Shown in pieces: positions 11,519-23,298 of a stretch of DNA of 64,000 bases. The stretch covers positions 186,001 to 250,000 of the forward strand of contig JASANG010001546.1 in assembly GCA_030248215.1 (NCBI GenBank), given 5' to 3'. Position 1 is the first letter of the stretch, and the number at the start of each line of letters is the position of its first letter. This DNA is from Enoplolaimus lenunculus (lineage: Eukaryota). Below the pieces are notes generated by a model that was not told where the DNA came from, did not search any database, and saw only the letters and a program-made list of their open reading frames with translations. Both the position numbers and the translations under genes were made by a program.

Positions 11519-11949
11519 GTAAGTTGGTAGGATTTCAGCGGATTTTGGACAAATATTTTACATATGTACGTATGCAAATCAACGGCTATATGTTGTTTAT
11601 ATATATTTAGGGTTTGCAAGTTTGCAACCACGTTGACGCGTTCTGCTTATTATTGATTTGGTTTAATGTCTACGCATCGCTGTCTGGGCCAATGTTACTT
11701 TTACGGGCGTAACGGTAGGTTAAGCGTATTCCTAAGCCTAAGCCTAAGCGGTACAAACATGTGTTCCTAAGCCTAAACCTAAGCAAAAAAATGTCATCTA
11801 AAATCTAAACCTACTCTTTTATAGACCCACCAGAAACATGGACGCCCCTTAAAGTAACATGGGTGGCTCTCTGTATAATATTGAATGCAGGTATCCTTAT
11901 TTCAAAATAGAACTCTGCTGTCTGTAACATTGTTTTATTGTAATTTCAG

Positions 11950-12130
11950 TTATAATCTTCTACTTCAATGCTGGTCACAGAATCCTGACGATCGACCATC
12001 GTTCGCATCGATTTGTGAATTTTTAACCGCTCTCAATAACGAATCATCGCATTATGTTGAATTTAAACCAACTGATGTCCTACCGCCGGAAGGTTACTGT
12101 AATGTAATGTCCAATCAGATGCAATCTTAA
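11950..12130 (+). CDS. RTK last coding exon (subdomain XI plus C-tail, stop TAA)
   Basis: TTTCAG acceptor, phase 2. YNLLLQCWSQNPDDRPSF...HYVEF...MQS*. Confidence 0.93.
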
Positions 12131-12797
12131 AGCTTGGTTGTAAAGCAACCAACTGGCCAATCACGAAGCGACACCTAGTCAATATCCGACGATGTCTTTC
12201 GAGGACTGCTTCCAGGTTGATTCGAGCAAGATTTTGGTGGACACTTCTTTTAAAATTGTCATCCGATCCGCAAAGTGGACTGTCAGGAAAAACTACTGAT
12301 TCGTCGAGCCGAGGTTTATTGATCTTTCGGCCCATATATAGAAATGATATCGAAAACTAAACGCAAGTCAAAATGTAACAGATGGCTAAATCTTAATCCG
12401 GTCCATGTAAATATAAGAGGCAGAACGTTTCTCTGTGAGTCCCGATTAGAGTACGCTTAAAATTTAGGCTAATTTTTTGTTTAGGCTTAGGCTTAAGTAT
12501 AAGCTCATTTTAACGCGAGGATTAGGCTTAGGAATTTTATTATACAACTGTTCCGCCCGTGTTACATACGTACATGGGCTCTTAAGACTATACCTAAACC
12601 TGAGCCTAAGCACAACTAAAACAAATGCCGAATTCTAAGTATAAATCTATGCCGAAGGCCCCATTTTAGTTTAAGGCTACGTCGAAGCCTGAGCCTAAAC
12701 AAAGGCAGTACAGACAGGGAACTGTTTGGTTCCAGGTCTTGTCACCTAAAAAGGTAGAACCTAAACGTTTGCACACTTGTGTATTTAGGTTTGCGTA

Positions 12798-13660
12798 CTG
12801 TCTAAAAGCTTAAACTAACTTGATTTAAGCTTAAACTAATCCAGCAGTATTAAACAAACTTTCTAGATCAACTGAACTAACAGGTTGGTTTACTCTTAAA
12901 CTAATTTAAAATCTTACGTATCTTTAGTTTAAGCTAAGCTTAGTGAACTCTAAGATGCACATAATTTCTGAGCTGGATTTGTTACTTAAGCCAAAAATAA
13001 GTTTAAACTCGTGTTAAACTTAAAAATATGTTAGTTTAAGTAAAACTTAAAATTCTAGTTTAGTTAGTCCGTCCAGCCATTTGAGTTTTACTTAAACTAA
13101 TATTCAAGTTTAGTTAAGCTATAATTTAAGTTTAAGCTTTTAGAGAGTACTTTGTTTGATGGTCCAAAACTTGCCATGCATTTGTTTTGCTGGTTTTAAT
13201 GGATGGTCAAGTCGTATATATATATACAAGCTTAAGGATAAAAGATACATTCCTCCCTTAACCTTCTGTACACAAGCGAAAAGACACTATTCTCTAAAAA
13301 CTTAAACTTAAATTATAGCTTAAGTAAGCTTGAATATTAGTTTAAGTAAAACTCAAATGGCTGTACGGAGTAATTAAACTAGAATTTTAAGTAAACTAAT
13401 ATTTTTTAAAAAGAACACGAGTTTAAGTAAGCTTATTTTTGGTTTAAGTAACAAATCTATCGCAAAAACTATGTGTATCTAAGAGTTCATTAAGCTTAGC
13501 TTAAACTAAAAATACGTAAGGTTTTGAATTAGTTTACAACATTTTAAATGAATTTAAGCGTAATCCTACTACTTGTTAGATTAGTTAATCTATAAATTTA
13601 GTTTAACGGTTTTAAATTAGCTTAAGCTTAAATCAAATTTGTTTAATAGGTTTTAGGGAG
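12798..13660. mobile_element. Two inverted copies of an ~350-bp AT-rich MITE (12798-13147 and 13290-13660)
   Basis: CT.TCTAAAA...TTTTAGAGAG ends flanked by TA. The second copy is the reverse complement of the first; ~140-bp spacer. Confidence 0.85.
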
Positions 13661-13662
13661 TA

Positions 13663-13914
13663 CACTGTAAATTTAAATGAGTTGATTCATCCATTCAGCC
13701 AGCGACTTGGTTATCTCTGAATTTACATCCGTAAACATTAACTCACTCTGAGTTGAGTTGATTTTGATTGTGAGTTGAATTGACTCTGCATGGATTGGCT
13801 AATTAACCCAGAATAAATTGAATCTACTAAAAATTCTGAGTTCTGATAGTCCTAACTCAGACTGAGTGTTTCAACGCATTCTGAGTTAAAATCAACTCAT
13901 TGAAATTTACAGGG
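13663..13914. mobile_element. CACTGTAAA-ended MITE (CACTA/EnSpm-like) with GAGTTGA subterminal repeats
   Basis: TA-flanked TIR CACTGTAAATTT.AATGAGTTGA. Copies at 43288-43534 (opposite orientation), 57543-57795, fragment ~16465-16519. Confidence 0.8.
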
Positions 13915-14174
13915 TACTTGATTAGTTGTTTAGTATACAATTTAAGGTTTTTCCAATAATTTGGTATATTTTAAATGTTCAGCTGTTGTGGTTTGTCCTG
14001 TTTTTTGAATATGTGGCCAAGATTTCGCAGATAATAGTGCATTTTTTCGATTTGTTGAGTTAGTGCAAAGACAAACCTATTAATGATGCTCAATGTGCAG
14101 TACCTTAAATATTTGTATTTATTTATAGTATTATAAAATATATAATGTGTATATTTTGCTTTGTATTTTACCGC

Positions 14175-14180
14175 AATAAA
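14175..14180 (+). promoter_or_regulatory. Candidate polyadenylation signal of the RTK gene
   Basis: AATAAA preceded by a U/A-rich TTGTATTTATTTAT-type tract in non-repeat DNA; implies an ~2-kb 3'UTR. Another AATAAA at 13812 lies inside a MITE. Confidence 0.4.
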
Positions 14181-14544
14181 TATTTTTTCCATCTATTAAT
14201 GTCTAATAAGTGTTTGATGATTTAGTTCACAAGATATCATAAAATATTAACAAAACGCTTAAAATTTAGACTTAGTTTGTGTCAATGCCAGTTTTTAATA
14301 GGTTTAGACAAACTGCAGGGGCACGAAAATGTTACGTTTCATGTCTGATTGGTTGTGTGTGTATAATATAAATTGGCATTTTTGGTTAAAAGGCAATATT
14401 TAGATAATGCAAGTACGACAACTTCAAATTTAAAATCATTGCAATTAAACAGGGAATAGGCTGTAAACATATGAATTTTTAAACGTAAGCTTGGAAATCG
14501 TGTCAAAAATAGAACGCTATTTTAAACGCTTTTACGTTTCGTAC

Positions 14545-15215
14545 CTTAGCGGAGAAACTCTAAAATGAATCGCTTGCGTATATTAAAAGCGTGGGTCAAG
14601 TGAACTCTAAGTTCATAAACCGGATTACTGTAGTATTAAGCTTAAAAGGTTGTGACCTAAGCGGAGAAACTCTAAAATGAATCGCTTGCGTATGAAAGCG
14701 TGGGTCAAGTGAACTCTACGTTCATAAACCGGATTACTGTAGTATTAAGCTTAAAAGGTTGTGACCTAAGCAGAGAAACTCTAAAATGAATCGCTTGCGT
14801 ATAAAAGCGTGGGTCAAGTGAACTTTAAGTTCATAAACCGGATTACTGTAGTATTAAGCTTAAAAGGTTGTGACCTAAGCGAAGAAACTGTAAAATGAAT
14901 CGCTTGCGTATAAAAGCGTGGGTCAAGTGAAGTATCAAGTTCAAAATGGTTGTATCTAAGTAGAGAAACTCTAAAATGAATTGTTTGCGTATCAAAACGC
15001 GGGTCTGGTGAACTTTATGGCCACTAACTGGATTACTGTAGTATCGAGTTCAAAATGTTTTGTACCCAAGCGGAGAAACTCTAAAATGAATCGCTTGCGT
15101 ATCAAAACGTGGGTGAAGTAAACTATACGTTCACAAACTGGAACGCGGGTCAAGTGAACTTAAGTCAACTAACTGGATTACTGTAGTATCGAGTTCAAAA
15201 TGTTTTCTACCCAAG
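14545..15215. repeat. ~110-bp tandem repeat, about 6 units
   Basis: GCGGAGAAACTCTAAAATGAATCGCTTGCGTAT... recurs at ~14549, 14661, 14770, 14879, 14960, 15070, with an orphan at ~15485. Confidence 0.9.
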
Positions 15216-15600
15216 ATTACGCAGAACAATGTATATATTTGTGCGCACGGATAATTTATGAAAAGTCAATTGTAACTGTAAGTGATTTTGAATACTGAAT
15301 TATAGGTACTATTTGTCTGTTTCTGGAGGAAATTTTGCCTCAATATATTATACATAAGAACAAATAATTCAAACTCTAAATTTTAGTATACAATATTCTA
15401 CAGGACATTCGGGCTACTTTACCACAACCTTGAATACATTATCAAACATGTCATATGAGACTAACAGACAATATTCCTGCATAGGCGGAGAAACTCAAAA
15501 GTGAATCGCTTGTTTATTAAGACCCAGGCCTATGTATAGAACAGTTTAAGCTTTAGACTAAATTTTTTGCTTAGGCTTAGGCTTAGAAATAGGCATAGTT

Positions 15601-16450
15601 CAACCATAAACGTAATGACACTAACAACTCGCTTCAATACTATTCTCCAATACTTCTCCAAATGCGTTGACTTGTTGCGTCAGTTCCGTGTCGATACGAC
15701 CAGCCGCTTTTAATCGCCTACTGAATGCAATAATAGCTTTTAAAGGACCCGCTGACTATTCGTGGTCGTGTAACTTTTCCTGTGACCGCATCCCAATTGC
15801 ACAATCCAGTCGTCGACAGTTTTGAAGAGTCACATTTTGCAGTATGAATACACATTGGTTTGCAAGTAAAGCAATAGACACATCCTTCAGAGGAACAAAA
15901 ACATAGCCAGTTCCTAGAAATGGTTTCGCCGTTATGATTTTGGCGTCGAAAGAGATACCGGGCAAATTCGTGGTATGTCGTCGGCCTTCCTTACTTGCTT
16001 CACCGAGTGTATGGAAAACAAATTTTCGTCACTGCGCTGAGCTGCCGGTGCGACGTTCTTTACCCAGAATTTTCGCATTTTTCCTGGAATAACGAATGGA
16101 CTAAGTCCAACGTCATTCCGCCCACGGGGGCGCCGCGTCCTCTGATTCAATTTGCCCATTTGTGCCGGTACTGTCGACGGTGTTTGCTTCAGTATGATTC
16201 ATTGATGCATCTTCTTCGTCATGATTACTTCCGTTGAAGAATTGTCGAATCGAACATCATCAGCTATTTCATCACCAGTTTGTTGCACTTTTTTGAACAG
16301 TGAAAACCTGCGTTGTTTTCTTGCTTTTGCCGATTCAACTGCTAAGTTCAGTGCTGCTTCCTTTGGTTTTCGTCTCTTTGACGCGTCAGACTCCCAAGTC
16401 CTTGTACGATTTGTGTGTCTGTCATTTTTTACGATTTTCCATTGTACTAA
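15601..16450 (-). pseudogene. Degenerate hAT (Tip100/ZMYM1-like) transposase N-terminal fragment
   Basis: Across frameshifts and stops on the - strand: NDVGLSPFVIPGKMRKFWVK...NGETISRNWLCFCSSEGCVYCFTCK...GLCNW...KLHDHE*S...RIDTELTQQV..EKYWRIVLKRVVSVITF. This is a TTF-type zinc finger followed by the helix preceding DUF4371. Confidence 0.8.
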
Positions 16451-19400
16451 ACGAAAAACCCACTTCTGAGTGGTTGCAACTCATTCTGAGTTCAAATCAA
16501 CTCACTGGAATTTACAGTGTACTGGATTCTGATTGGATTGGGGTCGCGCGGTTCACATGACTACAAGGACGGACGAAAATTGGCGGGGCGGCGGAGAGAT
16601 ATCCATCGGTATATCCTACGGGGATCACCATGAGCATCGCCACCATTTCTCGCCGGGTGCTGTGGGGATACTTAGTAATGAGTTAACCTGGATTTCAATT
16701 TGGGAGAGCACAATAATCTCTAAAAGAATTTTTTCACTCTTGGGATCCAGAGGTTTATTTTAAACCCTGCTAAATTTAAAGTGCCTAAGGTATTTCTTGT
16801 CTCTAGAAATTTAGAGGAAGGGGTATGTATCCCTAATCTCTCCTTGCATACGCCACTGGATCAAATTGGAATGCAGTTGTTAAAACGGAAAGGAAGCCAA
16901 CGCCATGCCGGAGATATGACTCGGTCCCTGCTAAACCAAATACTAGTAAACTTGACAAGTCATTTTGGATATAAGCACATCAATTTTCAAATATATCGTC
17001 TATTAATAGTTGACCAAATCCCTATTGTTTGACGTAAAAATCAAAGCACAATGTGTAACAAAAGAATCCGTAACGATGCTAAACACTAATACACAATGAT
17101 TGTTAGCATTTAACAGACCACAATTCGATCATAGCCGTGTACAGATTACTATTCATCGAGAAATATAACTGTTCCCAGAGAACGCAATCAGTACTTCGCA
17201 AAAATCCCATTCCTTGTTATCCACTGAAACATATCGTCGGTGTCGGTGTTCGGTTGGTGGGAGCCCGGAGCGCGGGCACCCCGCCGCCCCTTAATCCGGC
17301 ACTGGAAACAAGTGTCAAAAGTCAGTTATGCAACCATTGGATGGCAATCCATTAGTTCATTGGATTCAATGTCAACTGAAGTTGAAGTCGACACATATTC
17401 AAGTCCACACAGTCAATACGTGGACTAAAAGTTCGCTTGATCCAACAACACTACAATTTCAGTTTGGTTTGGCGTTTGTTAAACTGGTATTTTTGCATCG
17501 CTAAAAACATTCAATAAAGACTTCTCGAAGTACAACGAAGTGCGCTACCGAAATTGCTGGAACCTACGGCAAATTAACTATAATGGCTAACATTTTGTCT
17601 CTGTACTTCTGTCGACCGACATTCTGTTCATTTATAAGCATGCGAAGATGACACTGTTGCGCTGAATATTATATGATACTCGTTGTAATTTTGGAATATC
17701 GTGATATTTGTATAAATGTCCTTCAGTATTACGTGGTATACTGGCTCTCCGGGCTGGCGTTACCAATACAGGTCTCTGTGAGCCCCAATAAAATAGTTTA
17801 CAACTCTATAACCTCATGGTCAGCGAAAAAATACGTTTGCCAAAGCGGGGCTCGCAAGGGTCGGGCGCCTCCCAATGGGGGTTGGGGGCATTTCCACCGG
17901 CACTGCCGGCTCTTGCCTATACATTGAACATCTAACATCAGTTGTTTTGCAACTTAATGTCATATAACATCGGAGCTATGTCCGTTGACCCGATTTGAGA
18001 GCCCGAATTAATGTTGACGTCGAACCAACATGAAACAAACCATGACCCGTCTGTCCCGGTGACAACGTGAATCCCGCATAAACCTAAGTAAAAAATATAG
18101 TCTAAAGCTTAAGCTTACTCTATTGCAGTCACACAGAAAAACATTCCGCCACTGATCGTTTACGTGGGCCTAAGCGCCGAAAACAATATACTACTTTAAG
18201 GTATTCATCCCCTTAAAGTATATTTATACTGTTTGAATTTGAAATAGCACAAATTTTCATGTTTCTTTTATGAAATTATACGTAATATTACGCATTTATA
18301 CATTATTGCTGTACAAGTTTGTGTCAGGGAAACGAAACGCGGTAACTGTATGAGGGTTGCAATGATGAAATTAATACGCGACAGTATGATTCTTGCTCAT
18401 GAACGAGCGCAGGTTTGAGCAACGGGGTTCAACTCCACACACCCCGTTGGCATTCAAAAAATGCTATAATTTTCGACGCTAGCTATGTCTTTAAATGTGT
18501 ATATATTACAGATGCATTGCGTTATTTCAAATTTTCTCCAGTGGACCCTATTTTATATTCTCCACCTTAATATTGGGACGGCGTCCGTGATGTTGCTTAA
18601 TAAAGCCGCTAGTTTAAGGTGTTCTTACTAGTTTATTATTATTATTATTATTACTATTATTATTATTATCATTGTTGTTGTTATTACCATAATTATTATT
18701 ATATTGTTATTATGATTATTATTTATTATTATGATTATTTGTATTATTATTTTTATTATTTATTCTAATTATTATTCTTTTTATTTTTAGTATTATTTTT
18801 ATTGTTATTATTATATGAAATTTAAGAACATATATATTCAGTATAAAATTAAACTTATTTAATACAAATTAAAGTTTAGTTTCCGGCTGATTTTCAAAGT
18901 GTTACTATACTGCAGTCTGCTGCGTGTATTCGTAATGTTGTCGACTAAAATGTACTGTAAAAGGATGTTACACTTTGAGCAGTTTGCAAACCACGACAAC
19001 GGGCAGTTTATTTTTATTCAATATCAACATTTCATAAAATATCAAAATTAACATAAAAAAAAAAACCACCCTCTCCCCCCACCCTCAAGGAACATTTTCG
19101 TGCCACTAAGGATGTCTGACCCCACAGTATCACATAACATACCGTCGCTCATATACATTGATCGTTTGAGAGCGGTGGTTTGTAAGCTGATGTCATATGA
19201 CATTCGAGTTTTGTCTGTTGACCTGATATAAGAGCCCGAATTTTAACGTTGACGTCGAATCAACATGGGACAAAACGTGTCCCACCTACCCCGGTAAAAC
19301 GGAACCCCCCAACAAAAAACCCCCCAATGATAATATATATAAGAATATTGACCAGTTATTTTAGGAGCCTATTTCGGAGAGAGAGTCAATTTGACTCACC

Positions 19401-22400
19401 TTTTTATACAGTGTATGCTTTCAGACATTTACCAATTTGATGGAGAGCGACTCGGGTGAGTCGAATTTGACTGTGGCGAAGTCAAATTTGGCTCAGTTTG
19501 TGTAGTCCGAAAAAGCCTATTCCACAGAAAGGGCCAATGTAAAGAACAGGGGCTGAACAGTATTATAACCAAACTCCTAAGTCTAAGCCTAAGCCTAACC
19601 AAGCAAAAAATTAGTCTAAAACTTAATCTAGTTCTATTGCACACCCACAGGAAAAGGTTCCGCCCCTGATCTTTACATGTGCCGCAGAGAGTCAATTAGA
19701 CTCGCCATTTGTTGCAGTGTAATATCGATTTCAAAAAATCGGCAGCTTATAAAAACCCCTGACAAATTTAGGTTTAGGAAAAAGTTTGCCTATAAATGTT
19801 CAACGAAACACTTTTTGCTTTTAAACTTTTCGTTTATAACTGAGTAAAAAAGTGCCGCGGTCTGAACGGTTTTCTGCGGGACTGCAATAGAATAAGTTTA
19901 AGCTTTAAACTATGTTTTTGCCTAAGCTTTATGCTCAGGCTTAAACTCATTCAAAATTGACATGTGTGGGTCACCTTTTGTGCTTCAATATCATATGATA
20001 TTTGAGGTATTGTCCGCGAATATCATATAATATATTTTCAAATGTCTGCATACTTGAGGTAACACACCCAAATTGTCCTGTTGAATATCATATGATACTA
20101 GAATTTGAAATTTGAGTTTTTGAAATATGACACTGTTTTTCTAAGCGGTTTTGTGCCGGAAATGAATTTGCAGACGTGTATTTGGTATTTTAAGCACAGC
20201 TGTGCCTCTGCCGTCCGACATTCCATTAATTTATTAGCATCCGAAAATACACTGTCCCGCTGAATATCATATCATTCGCTATAATTTTGGCATATCATAT
20301 GATATTCTTATAAATGTCTCACAGTATCACGTGACATGACATACAAACCGTGTCCCGCGTGCCCCGGTTATAACGTGAACCCCGCATCAGCGTTTTTTTA
20401 ATTTTGTCTGCAACCGCAAGATTTTTTTGCAACAAACATTAACATTTTACGGTACAGGGCAGTCAATCGTCAACTTTAACCATTGAGTTTTATTCCCGCA
20501 AACTTGGCCTTGAACAAATTATGTTCACTTGGTGTGTTTATTATAACTCCACCAATACAACATATTCGTATATGAGTAACTATATAACATACATTGCCAC
20601 AGGCACCGGCAGGGTTCGGCTAGGGGGTATACGTGGACGCTTCCCGTCTGTTTCGTAAACAATTTCGACCCAAACACTAGTGACAGAACGTTTTTCTGCG
20701 GGATCGCAGTAAGAGTAAAGCTTCAGCTTTAGAGTAATATTTTTGCTTAGGCTTAGGCTTAGGAATATGCTTATACTACTGTTGACGGCGTTGTTCTATA
20801 CATTGGCCTCAATTATTATAGGCCGGAAGATAGAATGAACATGGCAGCTGTCTCTCACCAAGGTTACATCCACGATTTCGGAACCATAAAAATTTCTGTG
20901 TCAGTTTTGTACCTTAGAAATCCATATTTTAAAACCTGCAAAAAGCGCAGTCGATGTCCAGAACTTTCGAGGGGGGCCTATGGCCCCCAGTATCCCCTCC
21001 ATGGGCAAACATCCCTGACCCTATTCTATGTTTTAAAAACACAGTTGTCTCTGTGTCTAGAAATTTAAATTGGACCCCGAGTATCCTCTCGATGGAATAC
21101 GTCCTTGGATGTCAGTCAACCTATTGTACGTTTGGCCAATGTTAAGGGACGTAACAGTAGATTAAGCGTTTTCCTTAGCCTAAGCCTTATCCTAAATGTT
21201 GCAAAACTGAATTACTAAGTCAAAACCAAAGCAATAAATGTAATCTAGAATCTAAACCTACTGTTTTATAGACCCACCAGAAACCTGGACGCCCTTTAAG
21301 TAACATGAGCAGTACGTTTTATCGGCTCAAATGCCTCAGTTGCATACCATAACTCAATATTCTGATGTCAGTCGGTGTTGCTGAAAAATATACAATCGTT
21401 TGAATGTGAATTTACAAATTTTCAATTTATTAATGTTACAAAGTCTTGCAATATTTTTTTGCTTAATTTTAATATTATTTTGACGACAGTAACTTTATTT
21501 TGTGACCTTTTTGGCAGTAATTTTATATTCTGTGCACTCTTCAAAGTCTTTGCGACACCAAAGCGTACCACCCAGGCTTTCGTATCAAAATGTTCATGGT
21601 GCCGGAGCAGACAAATAGACCAACGCTTGGGCCAATGTTACTTTTAGGGGCGCAACGGTAGATTAAGCGTATTCCTAAGCCTAAAGCCTAAAGCCTAAGC
21701 GTTGCAAAAATGTGTTTCTAAGCCTAAGCCTAAGACTGAGCAAAAAATGTAATCTAGAATCTAAACTTACTCTTTAATAGACCCATCAAACACATGGACG
21801 CTCCTTAAAGTAACATTGGCCGAAACTTGCATTAAGATTTAGTACTAAAATTGCGTTTGGCTACTTGTCAGTTTCGCTCGCTGACCTTTTTGACTATTAG
21901 CATTCGTTAATGTCTTTGCTTATATTGATCCATTACTACATGTTTTTCCAATTTTTCGGATTTTTTCCACAAATACGGCAGGATTCGTTTTTTCGGTTGA
22001 TTCAATTTAGGTGGTAAAACTATTCCCTGTGTTCAGCTAAGCTGACCGATTTGTTACCCGGAACAGTAGTATTATCATACTCCTCAGCCAAAGCAAAATC
22101 CTAAGCCTAAGCCTAAGCGTAAGAATGAGTTTGTTCCTAATCCTAAGCATAGGCCTGAGCCAAAGCCGAGCAAAAAACTTAGTCTAAAGCTTAAGCTTAC
22201 TCTATTGCAGTCCCACAGAAAAACGTTCCGCCCCTGATCTTTACATGGGCCATATTAATTTTCATGACATTCATTCATGGCTAAACTGTCTGTGTAAAGA
22301 TTGCTATAAAAAATAAGACAGTAATCAGCTAAAAAATCTAAAAAAATGAATATTTTAAAAAGCAAAAAAGTCTTTTTTCAAGAAACTAAAAAATGAAAAA

Positions 22401-22794
22401 TATAACATAAATCAATTTGAGTATAAACCTACTTATAGCAGGTCCAGTTTTGCGTAATATTACATTTTGCATTTACGAAATGACGATGTTTTTTTGAAAT
22501 ATTTTGCTATTATTTGTCTTCTAAAACACCTCAAAATACTGCTAAAGAGACTGCATAAAGCTTTTAAAACTGTTTGAATTTTGAGATATTTTTTTCATTT
22601 TAAATGTTTTTAAGCGAGAAAAATTCACAGTTAAACAAAATTTCAGTTCGTCATACTTGAAAAATTTAAATTCAGCTTTTTACGTGGTGCAGTAAAAAAC
22701 GGTTATGCAGTATTGGCGGACGTATTTCTTATGATCGCGTTGGAATAATACCGGTCCACGCGGCTTCTTTTGAAGTTTTATACCAACAGGTCAA

Positions 22795-22862
22795 CCTCTC
22801 CTTCGACGAACCTCGAACCTCTTGATTTTGAGTCAAGCATGCTACCATTACACCACGGGGTC
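22795..22862 (-). other. tRNA-derived (SINE-head-like) degenerate sequence
   Basis: The - strand has TGGTGTAATGGTAGC (A box) and GGTTCG (B-box-like), but no complete cloverleaf. Similar relics at ~27028-27095(-) and ~35730-35792(-). Confidence 0.45.
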
Positions 22863-22888
22863 ACTGCAACAACTTATTTACCGATATA

Positions 22889-23298
22889 CTGTAGTGACCC
22901 GAATAAGAGGGGAGGGGTAATAAGAGGGGGCCCCTCTTTTGAGTCCCAATCAATAGAAGTCCGTATCCCTAATAAGAGTCCGTATGCGGATAGTCTCTAA
23001 ACCCTACTTAGAGCGCATAAATGTCAGTTATCCCTAATTGTAGCGCATAAATGACTCCAGGACCAAATAAAACGTTGAGTTTGAAACTTTAAAGCGTACT
23101 TAAATTTTGACAGTACATTCCTAAGTATAAACTTTGCATATTCGCTCAAGTTTAATTCAACGGATAGTTGCAATACCGAATGGATATCAATAACGAAAGG
23201 CGAGTTAAAAATAAATAACAGTCCGTAACCGAATAACAGGGGGTACCCTCTGGAGAAGTGAAATAAAAATCAGTCCCCTCTTGTTCGGGTCACTACAG
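22889..23298. mobile_element. Tc1/mariner-like MITE
   Basis: TIR CTGTAGTGACCCGAATAAGAGGGG with TA TSD. Copies at 42512-42895 and 48193-48630 (opposite orientation). Confidence 0.85.
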
